Program-made: the position numbers and the translations under genes
NCBI RefSeq assembly: GCF_003704095.1
Contig: NW_020844463.1
Span: 496,001-560,000 of the forward strand
DNA: 64,000 nt
Origin: Pocillopora damicornis
Taxonomy: Eukaryota
Direction of reading: 5' to 3'
Notes under the pieces: generated by a model
Databases searched by the model: none
Seen by the model: only the letters and a program-made list of their open reading frames with translations
What the model was told of the DNA's origin: nothing
In this document: piece after piece, positions 39,015 to 50,045 of the stretch
How positions within the stretch are numbered: position 1 is the stretch's first letter
Layout of the letters: the number at the start of each line of letters is the position of its first letter

Positions 39015-39725
39015 CCTATGACTACAGCGACCATACTGTACATAAAGGGCATATCTGAAAACATCTCGCGCATCCTTCAAATATTCATTATCCGCGTCGC
39101 TCACAAACCCACACTACGTCAGTTACTGACTTACGTTAAAGACAAAGACGAACCAAGGAACGGACAGGGAGCAGTTTATAAGATCAATTGCTGCGACTGC
39201 CACGCCTCTTAAATCGGTGAGACTGGCAGAAACCTCACAACTAGACTGACTGAACACAAACGAGCGACGAGGAAACATCACCGACTTACGAACCACACTA
39301 TTGACTGGGACTCTGCGCAATGCCTAACCTACAACACCAACTACTTTCAACGACTGACTCTGGAGAGCTGGTTTACTAACTTGGAACAGACTTCCCTCAA
39401 CAGGAGTCAACCACTACCGGCTCCATACAAACGACTCATCCACGACATTAACATTACTAACGAACCGAACAAAACGATCTACTTTACTAATGGATCGAGA
39501 CCGACCAATCACGACCGACCTACTCCACTTGAGTCTTACAGCCAATGACATCACGGAAAAACTGACCAATCAGTTTATACAAAGCAGACTAAGAACATTC
39601 GACTGACAGCAACTATTCACTTGACTCTGAAGATGACTATCGCTCGAGTTGTCGAAACGTCGGCCACCACTACTGACAATAGTCCTTCTCAGGACTACAC
39701 TCACCTGGACGATCAAACTACACTT
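39015..39725 (+). mobile_element. 5'-truncated, inactivated Penelope-like retroelement (RT thumb end, GIY-YIG endonuclease, 3' hammerhead)
   Basis: Reads YIKGISENISRIL...GAVYKINCCDCHAS*IGETGRNLTTRLTEHKRATR...HTIDWDSA...RLTLESWF...LNR. A stop at 39210-39212 replaces the Tyr of YIG. Confidence 0.9.
39622..39666 (+). ncRNA. Minimal type I hammerhead ribozyme at the Penelope 3' end
   Basis: TGACT-CTGAAGA(39627-39633)-T-GAC...GTC-GAAAC-GTC(39659-39661)-GGCCA. Core intact; stem I has a wobble and a mismatch. Confidence 0.75.
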
Positions 39726-39963
39726 TTATATTATGTTTTCTATGTGAGAAACTGATTAAAAGCAACTTTCTGCTTAAACAAAACGCTCTCCTTAACAGAT
39801 GCTACTTTTTTGATAAGGGCGCAATATTCAAAGCACTAATTCTTCGACCCTGTTATCACCGGTAACTAAAATTATCGCCAGGTGTTCAGCTCTGCTTGGA
39901 GCTCTCATCATGAAATTTCACTTAATGGTTTGTTTATCTACTTGTTTAATGTTCTGTTTTTTT

Positions 39964-40072
39964 AAAAAGGACTAACATCGCGTTTTCTTCAGGATGTCGC
40001 TTATTCTTTTTCGTGAAGCCGAATAAAAAGGACTAACATCACGTTTTCTTCAAGATATCACTTATTCTTTTA
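39964..40072. repeat. 61-bp-period tandem duplication
   Basis: AAAAAGGACTAACATC(G/A)CGTTTTCTTCA(G/A)GAT(G/A)TC(G/A)CTTATTCTTTT starts at 39964 and 40025. Confidence 0.9.
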
Positions 40073-42120
40073 AATGATTTGCGACTAATTAAACGAGATG
40101 CTTTCTAACTCCAATGCTCCCATTAGCTTTACGAGTCGCTTTTCTTCATGCCTCATAAGCCAATCTGGAAGCACATTCCAAAAATATCAGCAAACGTCCT
40201 CATATGTTTCTTTAGTTAACCTAGCTTCGAAAAATTAAGATGTCTTTCATGATCCTTTAAGACCTGAAAATCATTTATCAGTTCAATATGCATTTCAAAG
40301 TTACTACAGTAAATTTTGGCTTTTTCCCACAGGATAATACAATATCTGTTTATTTTTAATCCATGAATCCACATTTTGAAAAGCCAAACAAGTTGTAAAC
40401 TAAGCCATACTTTCCAAGAGCTTTACGCTTTAAATAGGAAAACAATAACAGCTCTTGTTTACTGTGGATGTGTTTAGTACCTTAGAGCTAATTGAGAACA
40501 TTGTAAACACATCGAAAAAAGGATAAATGAGACCGAAAACTCACCTTGTGGGAGGCAAAAGTGTTGGCTATTTTCAACGCCCAGCGAGGGATTTAAACTT
40601 GATACTACCTGGGCAACCACTTCAAATGGTGGAGAGAGGGAAGGATTTGAAATTGGGAAATTCCTCAATCTAGATCCGCTGATTGCCCTAGGCCATTTTG
40701 CATCTCCGCCAACGCAAAACATGGGTTTGTCGTATTTTTTACTGAGATGTAAACAAACGGACTGACAAGAGTAATATTAACGGGTGGAATTGTGAAGCTT
40801 AATTGATTTCATTAAAGCCAACAGGGATAAATTTCTAACATCTGATACATTACAGAATTAACAGTCTTACTCTATCGACATTTGCTTATCTTATGTATAT
40901 ATATGTAATAGTTGAGCTCGACTTATACTTAGAATGTCTTGACACATCTTGGTTTAAAATAAAGTAATTATGCTACAAACGTTACAGTTTACCTATGTTA
41001 CCAAAATTACAATTTTTCCGACACAGACATTTTTGGACCGACTTAAGTCCAAACATTATGATGACAAGCTGTAAACTGCAGCCTCAATAATTTCCCTACC
41101 TCCTCAGCACTGCTTTCAATAATATCTGAAGAATAGATCCACCGCCGGCATATGACTGTAACGTGACGTTGAATATTCAAATGGCTACATACAGCCCTTG
41201 GCTTCGATTACAGGAAAGTCTTTAGCCTCAGCCAAAGAGCAGGTGGAATAACATGTCATAAGAACTTAAAAAGATTCACCAAAGGGGAAATGCAAATTTT
41301 TCAATAAGAATATGAATATTGTCTTTCATACCAAAGCGTAAATCATAGCGGCTTATTTCAATTTTATGACAATTTTAGACTCAGTCGTCCTTAGGTCCGA
41401 CAAAGAAGTTGAAGGAGTGTTTTATTTTTTAATCAAGATTGCTCTCGATAAACGCCGATAAACTCTTTCCTAGGGGGAACTTTTCATTTACCTTTCGACC
41501 ACGAAGAAACTTTTCATTTTGGGTGAGAAGAGGTTTTAATGAAAGTATTTTAAACAACCTACATAGGGGGTTAAGAAAACAAGTTATATCGGCACTGCAG
41601 CTCTGTGAAAGTAATAAACAACGTGATTCTGACGGACATGAAGAGTCACCGTAATGAAAGGAACGCACTGGATTTACATAACATGCAGCGGCCATTTAGA
41701 GATAAAAGCTGCCGAATATTCACCAGGTTCTGTCCTGGCATTCGCTTTCTCTATTTGTTTTGTTTCACGTGAATGCAAAGAGGTTTACCTCCCCCTTAAC
41801 TTCACATTTTCCCTGTTTAGACTTGTAACAGTCAGAATTTTACCACAATTTAACCTTCATGCAATATACATTTAAGTCGTCCATCCATGATTACTGGTGG
41901 ACAAAACAAGCATGAGTTTGTGAGCGTATATGTCTTTTTCAATTTCATGCGCGTTAGGTTATTCCAAACGGGACTAAAATTCTATCAGCTCTCTCAAATT
42001 GAGGCCTTCGAAATCATCTGTAGATGTCGCCCCCATTCTTATGCCAGTTTTCACATGATAAAAAGATATGAAATTTCACCCCTTCCAGTTCCGAAGAGTG
42101 GAGACATCCAAGTCTGTATA

Positions 42121-42425
42121 GAGACGCAGTGGCTAAACAGTTAAAGTGCTGGACTCCGGGTTGAGAGGTCCGGTTTGGAAACCTAGCTGGGTCATTGTGA
42201 TGTAATCTTGGACAAAACACTTTATTACCACAGAGCCTCTCTCCACCCACGCGTTTAATAGGGTGTAGGTGAACTGTCATGAAAATCTTACGAAATTCCA
42301 GGGGTAACCTGTGAAAGATTAGTGTCCCATCCAGGAGGAGAGGGGGTAGCAAAACGTCCATTCCATTCAAATTGGGATAAGTTCCGGCTGGATGGGCCAT
42401 TTGGCTTGAGTGTACACTCCACTTA
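42121..42425 (+). mobile_element. tRNA-derived SINE, near full length
   Basis: tRNA-like head (GTGGCTAAACAGTTAAAGTGCTGGACTCC...GGTCCGGTTTGGAAACC), core TCTTGGACAAAACACTTTA...GCCTCTCTCCACCCA, tail GATAAGTTCCGGCTGGATGGGCCA. Confidence 0.75.
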
Positions 42426-44625
42426 CGTGAGTCCGAACGTGACTCTGAACAAAGGTTACTTAGCGAGGAGGGGTTAATCTAGTTTGGCTATTCTTTACAT
42501 GCAAACCATCACAAGCCAATGCATTTCACATGCATTCGCCAGAAATTCCTATGACTTAATCTCCTTTAAAATATTTCCCCTATAACATAATTTTACATCA
42601 TTTCCCTTATCAAATTTTTTCTGATTTAGTGTAGTTTCAAAATTATTTAAATATTTCCGATCTTTTGCAAGGCTGAGGACTAAAATCCAGTGCATACAAA
42701 ACAATTTGGCGAAATACATTTCAAAGTTACTACCATGTATCAAAGACAAACTCATTTACCTATCATTTCAAAATAACTCCAGTAGGGAAACTCGAGCCAG
42801 TCTCCCAACCAATAAGATGCAAAACTGTTTCCAATCATGATTTAGTCACTCATGAGTTTCTAATGTTAACGGTGCCTTTACGAAACTTTAAAATAAAGTG
42901 CACATTGAACGTGATCGTCCATAATGAAAAGGTTTTCCTTTATGTCCTCCAAACTAATTTATATCTCGTTTATATTTGGAAAAAGGAAGACAAGGGAATG
43001 AATAATTTCAACAAAGACAAAGATTGTCATGAGTAAAATCACATTACAATTTCATTTTTTTCTTTTAGCATAAACACAACTCTTTTCAGTAATTATGGCT
43101 CTTCTATAAATTATATTATATCTGAGCAAAACTTGTGTAATAATCTTAGGTTCATGGGCCTTAGAGAGGCCTTCAACATCACGTGCAAAATACTTTTTAC
43201 TTTTAGCAGATTGCTAATATAACAAGTAGTCATAAGGACTCAATCAAGAGACGGAGGATTAATACATGAGAATCAACACATCTTTTGGCCCTACTCCGAA
43301 GGGTATATTCCAAAGTTGTTGGGAAATCATTGCAGTTTTCGAAGAAAGAGATAACCCGTCTAATCTCGCGAAATTGTTGTATGTTGACATTCCATGTAGG
43401 ATCTTTCATTCTCCGATAATGCATTCGAACGATAAGCGAGATCTTCATAACATATTCAAAAATCCTGAGTCCGAAGATAACTTGGGAAAATTACCTTTGG
43501 AATAAGGCCTGTCTGCGGTTTCAGCCTCTCAGCTTCATTCTCTTACGGTTCCTAACAGATTGGTTTAGCATCGCATACATAAGACTATAAGGCTAGCAAT
43601 AGAATTTAAAGTACCCTAAACTAGTCTTCAAAATCAGACCACCCTTCCTTACATCTATCTGAATAACAAAAGAGACCTAAAGAATTTGGTGCGGTTAATT
43701 ACTAATATTGAGAGATCACTAACGACAGCTAACGAGTATTTTTTATGTAAATGTACTATCCCTGCATGTACATCACGGTATCTTGATTAATAAAGCAAAT
43801 TGTTGGATAGGTTGCATTTATTGTGAGATTGGCACTGTGTTTTAATTCCAGCTTTGGTTCGCTTAGGAGGTTTGCCTTTGCTACAGAACGAGGCTGACGA
43901 ACAGTTTTCCAAGTCTCATTAAATGACACTAATTATCTAGATAGCCAAGGAATGGCCTCTTGTGTTGTTCCCAAGACTCTTACTGAACTTCCAAATTCTT
44001 CCGAGAATAGTTATATAGAGATCGACATATTAAAAATGTAATTAAAAAACCACTACATCCATTTTCACTCACATTACCATGTAAACACATTTAAACTTTG
44101 AATTCCTTTTACAAATTACGTAGGAAATATTTCAATTCGTTAAAAGGCCACAGCAAGATAGTCAAAGTTTTGCCATAATAGGTAAATTCATGCTCTATGG
44201 TACCTAAATAAAAAAAGATAAAATTTGAGGTTATTCGTAATTTGAACACATTTCAGTGTTCTTTAGGTTCACTACAGAAGCCCTCTTCATTGCGACCAAC
44301 CCAACTGAGAGTGAGGTTAGTCCGATTTTATTTGAGCTATGAAGCTCTTGAGTTTCAAATATGGTAAAGTTCACCAATTTTGGGCGACGTACTTTCATGG
44401 TGCACGATTAGAAATCCTTGACTTAACAACTGTCATAGGTGAAATACAATAAGAAATTTGCTAGAGTTCATACGAGCAAAAATTACTAATAAATCAGTGT
44501 TCCCCTACAAACCTTGAGAAAAATCGTTTCGGTACGCAATAGTTTGCAATGCCAATGAACCGGGCTGTCGGAATTGAAGTAGAGTTAGATGACTGGTTAA
44601 GTTACAGCCGAGGGAATCTTCTCAC

Positions 44626-47295
44626 TCACAGAATGATGCAGTAGTTTGCATGTTTTCTATCCTCGTCACTTGAAATGCCCAAGTGGTTAGACACGAAGCT
44701 ATTAAGGAACTGTTGTACATCTTTATTGCCCTCTTTTTCAGCAATCCCCATTGCTGTGTCTCCATCATGAGTGCGCTTCACAATCATCTCTACCCCTTGT
44801 TTGAGGAGAGCATCAGCGACTGCCACTGTCCCGTCCTTGGTAGCAGAATGATGTAAGGCATTCCATCCATTCTTGTCCACAGCATGCGTGTCAGCTCCAT
44901 GCGTCAGAAGGAAACTTACTAACTCCGGGTGACTGTAGCGGGAGGCGATATGTAGGGGAACTGAACCGTCTCCCGCTTGGCAGTTTAACTGCATGCCAAG
45001 CTTTTTCATTCGTTCGATTACCTTTTTGTGGCCTCCACGACAAGCGTAATGAAGAGTATTCCATCCCTCATTGTCAACTTCGTAAATGTTACCACCCCGT
45101 TCTAATAAGCAGTCAATGACGTCATTATGCCCTTTTAACCCAGCACAATGCATAGCGGTGACGCCTTGTTGTGTTTTCTGGTTGGGATCCACCCCACTTT
45201 CCAGTAGGATTTCCACGATCTTTACGTGACCCTCGAGGCTTGCTAAATGCAATGCCTTCCTTTCTTGGTTATCAGAAGCTTCTACATTGGCCGCATGCGA
45301 CAATAATGGAGCAATCACTTCAGTTTGTCCGCTCTTAGCAGCAAGAAGAAGGGGGGTTAAATTGTCTCTGGTCGTGCAGTCCACCTCCACACCAAGCTCC
45401 AATAGCAGTTCAAGAATAATCACGTGACCATGATGACTTGCGATGTGCAATGCATTCCACCCGTCGTTGTCGGCAATGTGCTCGTCAGCTCCCTTCGAGA
45501 GAAGTAATCTTACTGCTTCTGGGTGATCGTGGATCGTAGCAATACTAAGAGATGTTCTCCCGTCCGTTGTTTTTTCACTGGTATCCAAGCCAAGCTCGAG
45601 TATTGTTTCTATTGCGATAGTATGCCCATTTTGACAAGCAAAGTGTAACGCGTTCCAACCTTGGTCGTCAACAGCTTTAAGATTTGCTCCTTTAGAAACA
45701 AGTAGGTTTAAGGCACTTGCGTGGCCGTTGAATGCTGCGGAATGAATAGGGACCAGGCCCCTCTCAGCTACAACGTTTGGTTCCAATCCGTAGCTTAATA
45801 AAGTTTCGATCAAATCCGTTTGCCCTCCTTGACTGGCAAAGTGAAGGACAGTCATTCCTTCGTTATCCACAACATTTAGATCAGCCCCCTTTGAGAGTAA
45901 ATACTTAATACAATCCTGATTTCCGCGCAATGCTGCAATACCAATGGGCATCAAACCAGAATTTGTTCCGACGTTTGGGTCAATTCCCTTGTTAAACAAT
46001 TTCTCGACAACTGAAAGCTCACCACCCTTGCAGGCATGATGCAAAGCAGTCCACCCCTGATTGTCTCGAGCTAAGATGTCTGAATTTTGAGTTGAAAGAA
46101 AATCTACGTACTCTGGAAGGCCATGTCTAGCCGCAATGTGTAACGGAGTTATTCCTAAGACTGACTTGGCATTTACATCAAGACCTTGATTTGAAATTGA
46201 TTCCATGACATGGAAGGGAAGGCGACCACCTTGAGTGGCGTAATGTAGTATAGTCCAGTTATCTTTGTCAGTAGCTGTTAGGTCAGCCCCCTTACGCATG
46301 AGATACTTTACTACTTCGGGCTGGCCGTAACGCGCTGCAATATGAATTGGAATAGTTCCCTGAACTGTTCGAATGTTGACATCTACTCCTGTTTTAAGCA
46401 GCGCTCGAATAACAGATATATGGCCACCCAGGCTGGCAAAATGCAAAGCAGTCCATCCACATTTGTCAGAGGAGTTTGAATCAGCTCCTTTAGAGATAAG
46501 AAAATCGACTACATCTGGATGCCCGTGACAGCTCGCAATCATCAAGGGAGTGCAGCCTCCGTTGATTCTGGTGTCCGCCTCCATACCACTTTTTAGCAGT
46601 GTCTCTACCACTTCAACGTGACCGTTTTGACAGGCAGAGTGTAGCGCGTTCCACCCATCCTTGTCCACAACATCAATATCTGCCCCACAGGAAATTAGAA
46701 AGTCAACAGCCTTGAAATGACCGTTTCGTGCAGCAGTATGTACTGGTGTAGGACCGTTTTTGGGTGGGATGTTAGATTTGATTCCATGTTTAAGAAGAAC
46801 TTCGATAACAGGGACATGACCACCACGGCTTGCCAAAAACATTGCAGTCCTTCCATTTCCGTCCAATGCGTTTCCGTTACCACCGAAGGTCAAGAGAAGG
46901 TTCACCGCCTTCTCGTGGCCGTTGGAGGCAGCCAAATGCAAGGGTGTAGCACCGGAATTTGTTTTCACGTCGGGGTCAATACCATCCACCAACAGAAGCT
47001 GCATAACAGTAACATGCCCACCTGCGCTCGCCCAGTGTAGAGCAGTCCAACCTTCTTCGTCCACTGAGTGGGCATTAGCACCCAAAGAGAGGAGATACCT
47101 GACAGTATCTGGGTTTCCATATCGCGCGGCTATGTGTATGAGAGCCATGCCATGAGCTTTTGCGTTTGCACCGACCCTTTTTACGGCTAGTTTTTGAACT
47201 GTTTTTATATCACCATATTTGCATGCATTCCACAGTTTTGACAAAGTTCTTTTGTTCGCTTGGACTACTCCTTCATCATGACAGCCTGTCACCAT
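44626..47295 (-). CDS. Ankyrin-repeat protein (~26 repeats, 889 aa) with C-terminal CaaX motif
   Basis: Uninterrupted ORF of 33-aa GxT(P/A)LHxAxxxGHxxVxxLLxxG repeats ending CIIL*. In-frame stop just upstream of the ATG; splice acceptor at 47363-47364. Confidence 0.95.
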   Translation of the reverse strand: MVTGCHDEGVVQANKRTLSKLWNACKYGDIKTVQKLAVKRVGANAKAHGMALIHIAARYGNPDTVRYLLSLGANAHSVDEEGWTALHWASAGGHVTVMQLLLVDGIDPDVKTNSGATPLHLAASNGHEKAVNLLLTFGGNGNALDGNGRTAMFLASRGGHVPVIEVLLKHGIKSNIPPKNGPTPVHTAARNGHFKAVDFLISCGADIDVVDKDGWNALHSACQNGHVEVVETLLKSGMEADTRINGGCTPLMIASCHGHPDVVDFLISKGADSNSSDKCGWTALHFASLGGHISVIRALLKTGVDVNIRTVQGTIPIHIAARYGQPEVVKYLMRKGADLTATDKDNWTILHYATQGGRLPFHVMESISNQGLDVNAKSVLGITPLHIAARHGLPEYVDFLSTQNSDILARDNQGWTALHHACKGGELSVVEKLFNKGIDPNVGTNSGLMPIGIAALRGNQDCIKYLLSKGADLNVVDNEGMTVLHFASQGGQTDLIETLLSYGLEPNVVAERGLVPIHSAAFNGHASALNLLVSKGANLKAVDDQGWNALHFACQNGHTIAIETILELGLDTSEKTTDGRTSLSIATIHDHPEAVRLLLSKGADEHIADNDGWNALHIASHHGHVIILELLLELGVEVDCTTRDNLTPLLLAAKSGQTEVIAPLLSHAANVEASDNQERKALHLASLEGHVKIVEILLESGVDPNQKTQQGVTAMHCAGLKGHNDVIDCLLERGGNIYEVDNEGWNTLHYACRGGHKKVIERMKKLGMQLNCQAGDGSVPLHIASRYSHPELVSFLLTHGADTHAVDKNGWNALHHSATKDGTVAVADALLKQGVEMIVKRTHDGDTAMGIAEKEGNKDVQQFLNSFVSNHLGISSDEDRKHANYCIIL

Positions 47296-49867
47296 TCTTC
47301 AGTGACATCTCATGCCACCGGGGTTGTTTTCAGGTTTTGCTACAGCACCTGTGTTGTTATACCTTCAAGGAAAAGTTAAAGTACGGTACGTTAAAATAAT
47401 TTATTGTCTGTTTAGGCTTCTATTAATCAATCGTTGTTCCCAAACTACTCCCACATAATTAATTTTCGAACGTTACATTTGGCATTAAATGACTTGTGTT
47501 GATCTTACAAAATAAAATTGCAAACTTTACGCAGAGTGACTTTCATTAGCGTTTGATCTTTTGTAATTTTAAAATTATGTAAACAAAGCTATGGCTCATG
47601 AAATTGAATTGTTTCATTAATCTTTTCTCGCGAAGCCTCCCCCGCAAAAGCTAACGGAGATGCAATATTCATAGTTGAATAGGAGTTATAATTACATGTT
47701 TTTTAAATGTTTTAAATTTGGGATCGATGGTTATAGTCCTAATTTGAGAGTAAATAGAACAACATGGATATCTTGTTCTGTCGAAAAATGTTTGTTTACA
47801 AAAGAGGAAAAAATTAAACGATCTTGATTCACATCATTCTGTTTAATGGAGAAAGATGAACCCCTACAGTTCACACATCGCTGAATATGCATGGACCTTA
47901 GAGAATTGCTCGAAGAACCGTTTTACATGGGCTCTTCATATTCCATTAAACAAATTAGTTTCCAATAAGCATGCGACACAAAGAAATAAAAGGATGGGCT
48001 GGTCGCCGAGATTGGAAAAATTTAAGACGGGTAAAATCAGAATCACCGACTTCGCAAAGATTAATCAAGACTAAGCATTTCGTTGAAAGTGCTTTACTTT
48101 TTCCATAATTAAGTACGATTTAAGATGTACACTAATAAGATATTTTATAAGAAAAAGCGAGTCGCCTCTAACCAAAGGTTGATTTCAACCCACAGGTCTA
48201 CACGATCGTAGGTATTTCAAAATTCCTCCCTGTCCAAAGTTGGTTATTTCATAATTCTAGAAGCAACAGAAGAGAACTAAACGACATATTTTCTTGGCAA
48301 CTCGGCACTATAACAGTTCAAAGAGGCAGATGAACAAAAATGAAATTCCAAACCACGACAGTCGCACTAAATGCAGGATGGACCAAGATATCCATCAAAC
48401 ACAGATCGCAGTCACGAAAGCGAGCAAGTTATCTGCAAAGATTGCGTGGGTTGGTGGTAATAAGATGTTATAAATTTTCGCAACCATCTGTAATTATAGT
48501 GAAGGGTCAAAAAATCTTCAAGAGGAAGTCTCGAGTTCCCGTTCATTATCAACAACGCAGCTACAAAGCGAAATGTTGGCCATTGTAAGACGTAGAATGT
48601 GGTTGAAACCTACCGTTGGTTTCGAAGGTTGCCGTCGAACAGCCCTATCACGAGTATATTTTTTACCACCTTCAGCATTACATTCGCAATTATATTTCTT
48701 TACACTTGATATTAAAATGAAGCAATTAACGCTCCGAAGCCGTGGAATAAGTTAGAAACAATGAAGAAACCCATAAATTTATCATTATAAATGTTTTGAG
48801 AGTACTTTCACCATTTTACGTTTATTTACGGGAAACGCGGCTGCAGTAGTCAAATACTAAGGAACAAGTCTACGTTGGGATTCTACATCCGCCTTGGAAC
48901 CCTTGAGGTCGACCAACCTTTTCAAACAGATTCTCATATGTAGAACGAGAATTCTCTCACTTTTGAATATTCAGTACTTCAGTCAATCTATTATCCCAAC
49001 CTAACGACGCTTTGAAACCTTTCATTAGCCATAAGAAACATACATTCATTACCGCATGATATTGATGGCCAAAACCTTAAAAAATAGCTCGGGTACGACC
49101 TTCGTTTGAATATTTTGAACCCGCACGACATACTATGTTTCTTATTTTAAAAAGTTGTACAGAGGAGACATGTATGTCTTACATTACCCATTTCCAAACG
49201 TGCGCCACGTTCCGTCAATATTTTCAGTCAACATAAATTGAACTCAAGTAATTTATTCCATCTAGCACGAATAAATCAAAATGGCAGGTCCTCGCTTTAT
49301 TTACACAAAATACCTTGCAGGCGATCTGTATTCATTTTACCACTGCCACTAATAACGGCGGATCATAATTTTTCCAACTTCCAAATTTGAGATATTTTTT
49401 CTTCTCAAAAACAATCTCCACGTAAAGTTTTTAATTTCCTGACCTCTGAAGTAAGACCTACTTGTTTCAAATCGGACATTTGATTCGACAAACGATTAAA
49501 CTCACAGAATATTTTGGGGATGATTCTGGTTTATAATTCCGGTCAATTTCCATTTTCATTAAATTCTGATGCAGTTTTTGAACGACAACTTCTATTCATC
49601 CCTTCCTTTCAACGGTTCGAGTAAAAAACGCCAACAAAAACACTAGTAACCTGAAAGGTTATCTCAGATCTATGAATTGACGTACATCATATATTACTCA
49701 TACATACATCAGTCAATACCGCCATCTCGTCATACAAGGGACTTGAAATAACAAATACCAAATCCGTTTAAAATACTAAACCCTTTGGTTTTTGTGTGAA
49801 GAACCTAACGTAAAGCTGACATTTCGAGAAATTTTATCCAAACCATTACAATAAAAGCTTCAGATAC

Positions 49868-50045
49868 CTTTCAGGTCAACGAAGAGTCCACCAAATCGTT
49901 GGAGGTTCTACTCTTGCATCAAAGTTCCTGCGAAAGCACACAAAATGCAAAATTACCAAAAATATAAACAAAAAGCTCCACACAGCGGGGAAACGCGGAT
50001 AGCCCACTAACCGCCACAATGTAACGAGATCCTGGCTTTGTATAG
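49868..50045 (-). promoter_or_regulatory. Putative promoter and non-coding first exon of the ankyrin gene
   Basis: Minus-strand TATACAAA at ~50037-50044 and donor AAG|GTATCT at 49868 that could splice to the acceptor at 47363. Confidence 0.4.

Noticed and set aside
44626-47295. Bacterial contamination or recent horizontal transfer of the intronless ankyrin ORF
   Set aside because: It has a spliceosomal acceptor upstream, a plausible non-coding first exon and host-type repeats nearby; nothing prokaryotic flanks it. Phylogeny would be needed to revisit.
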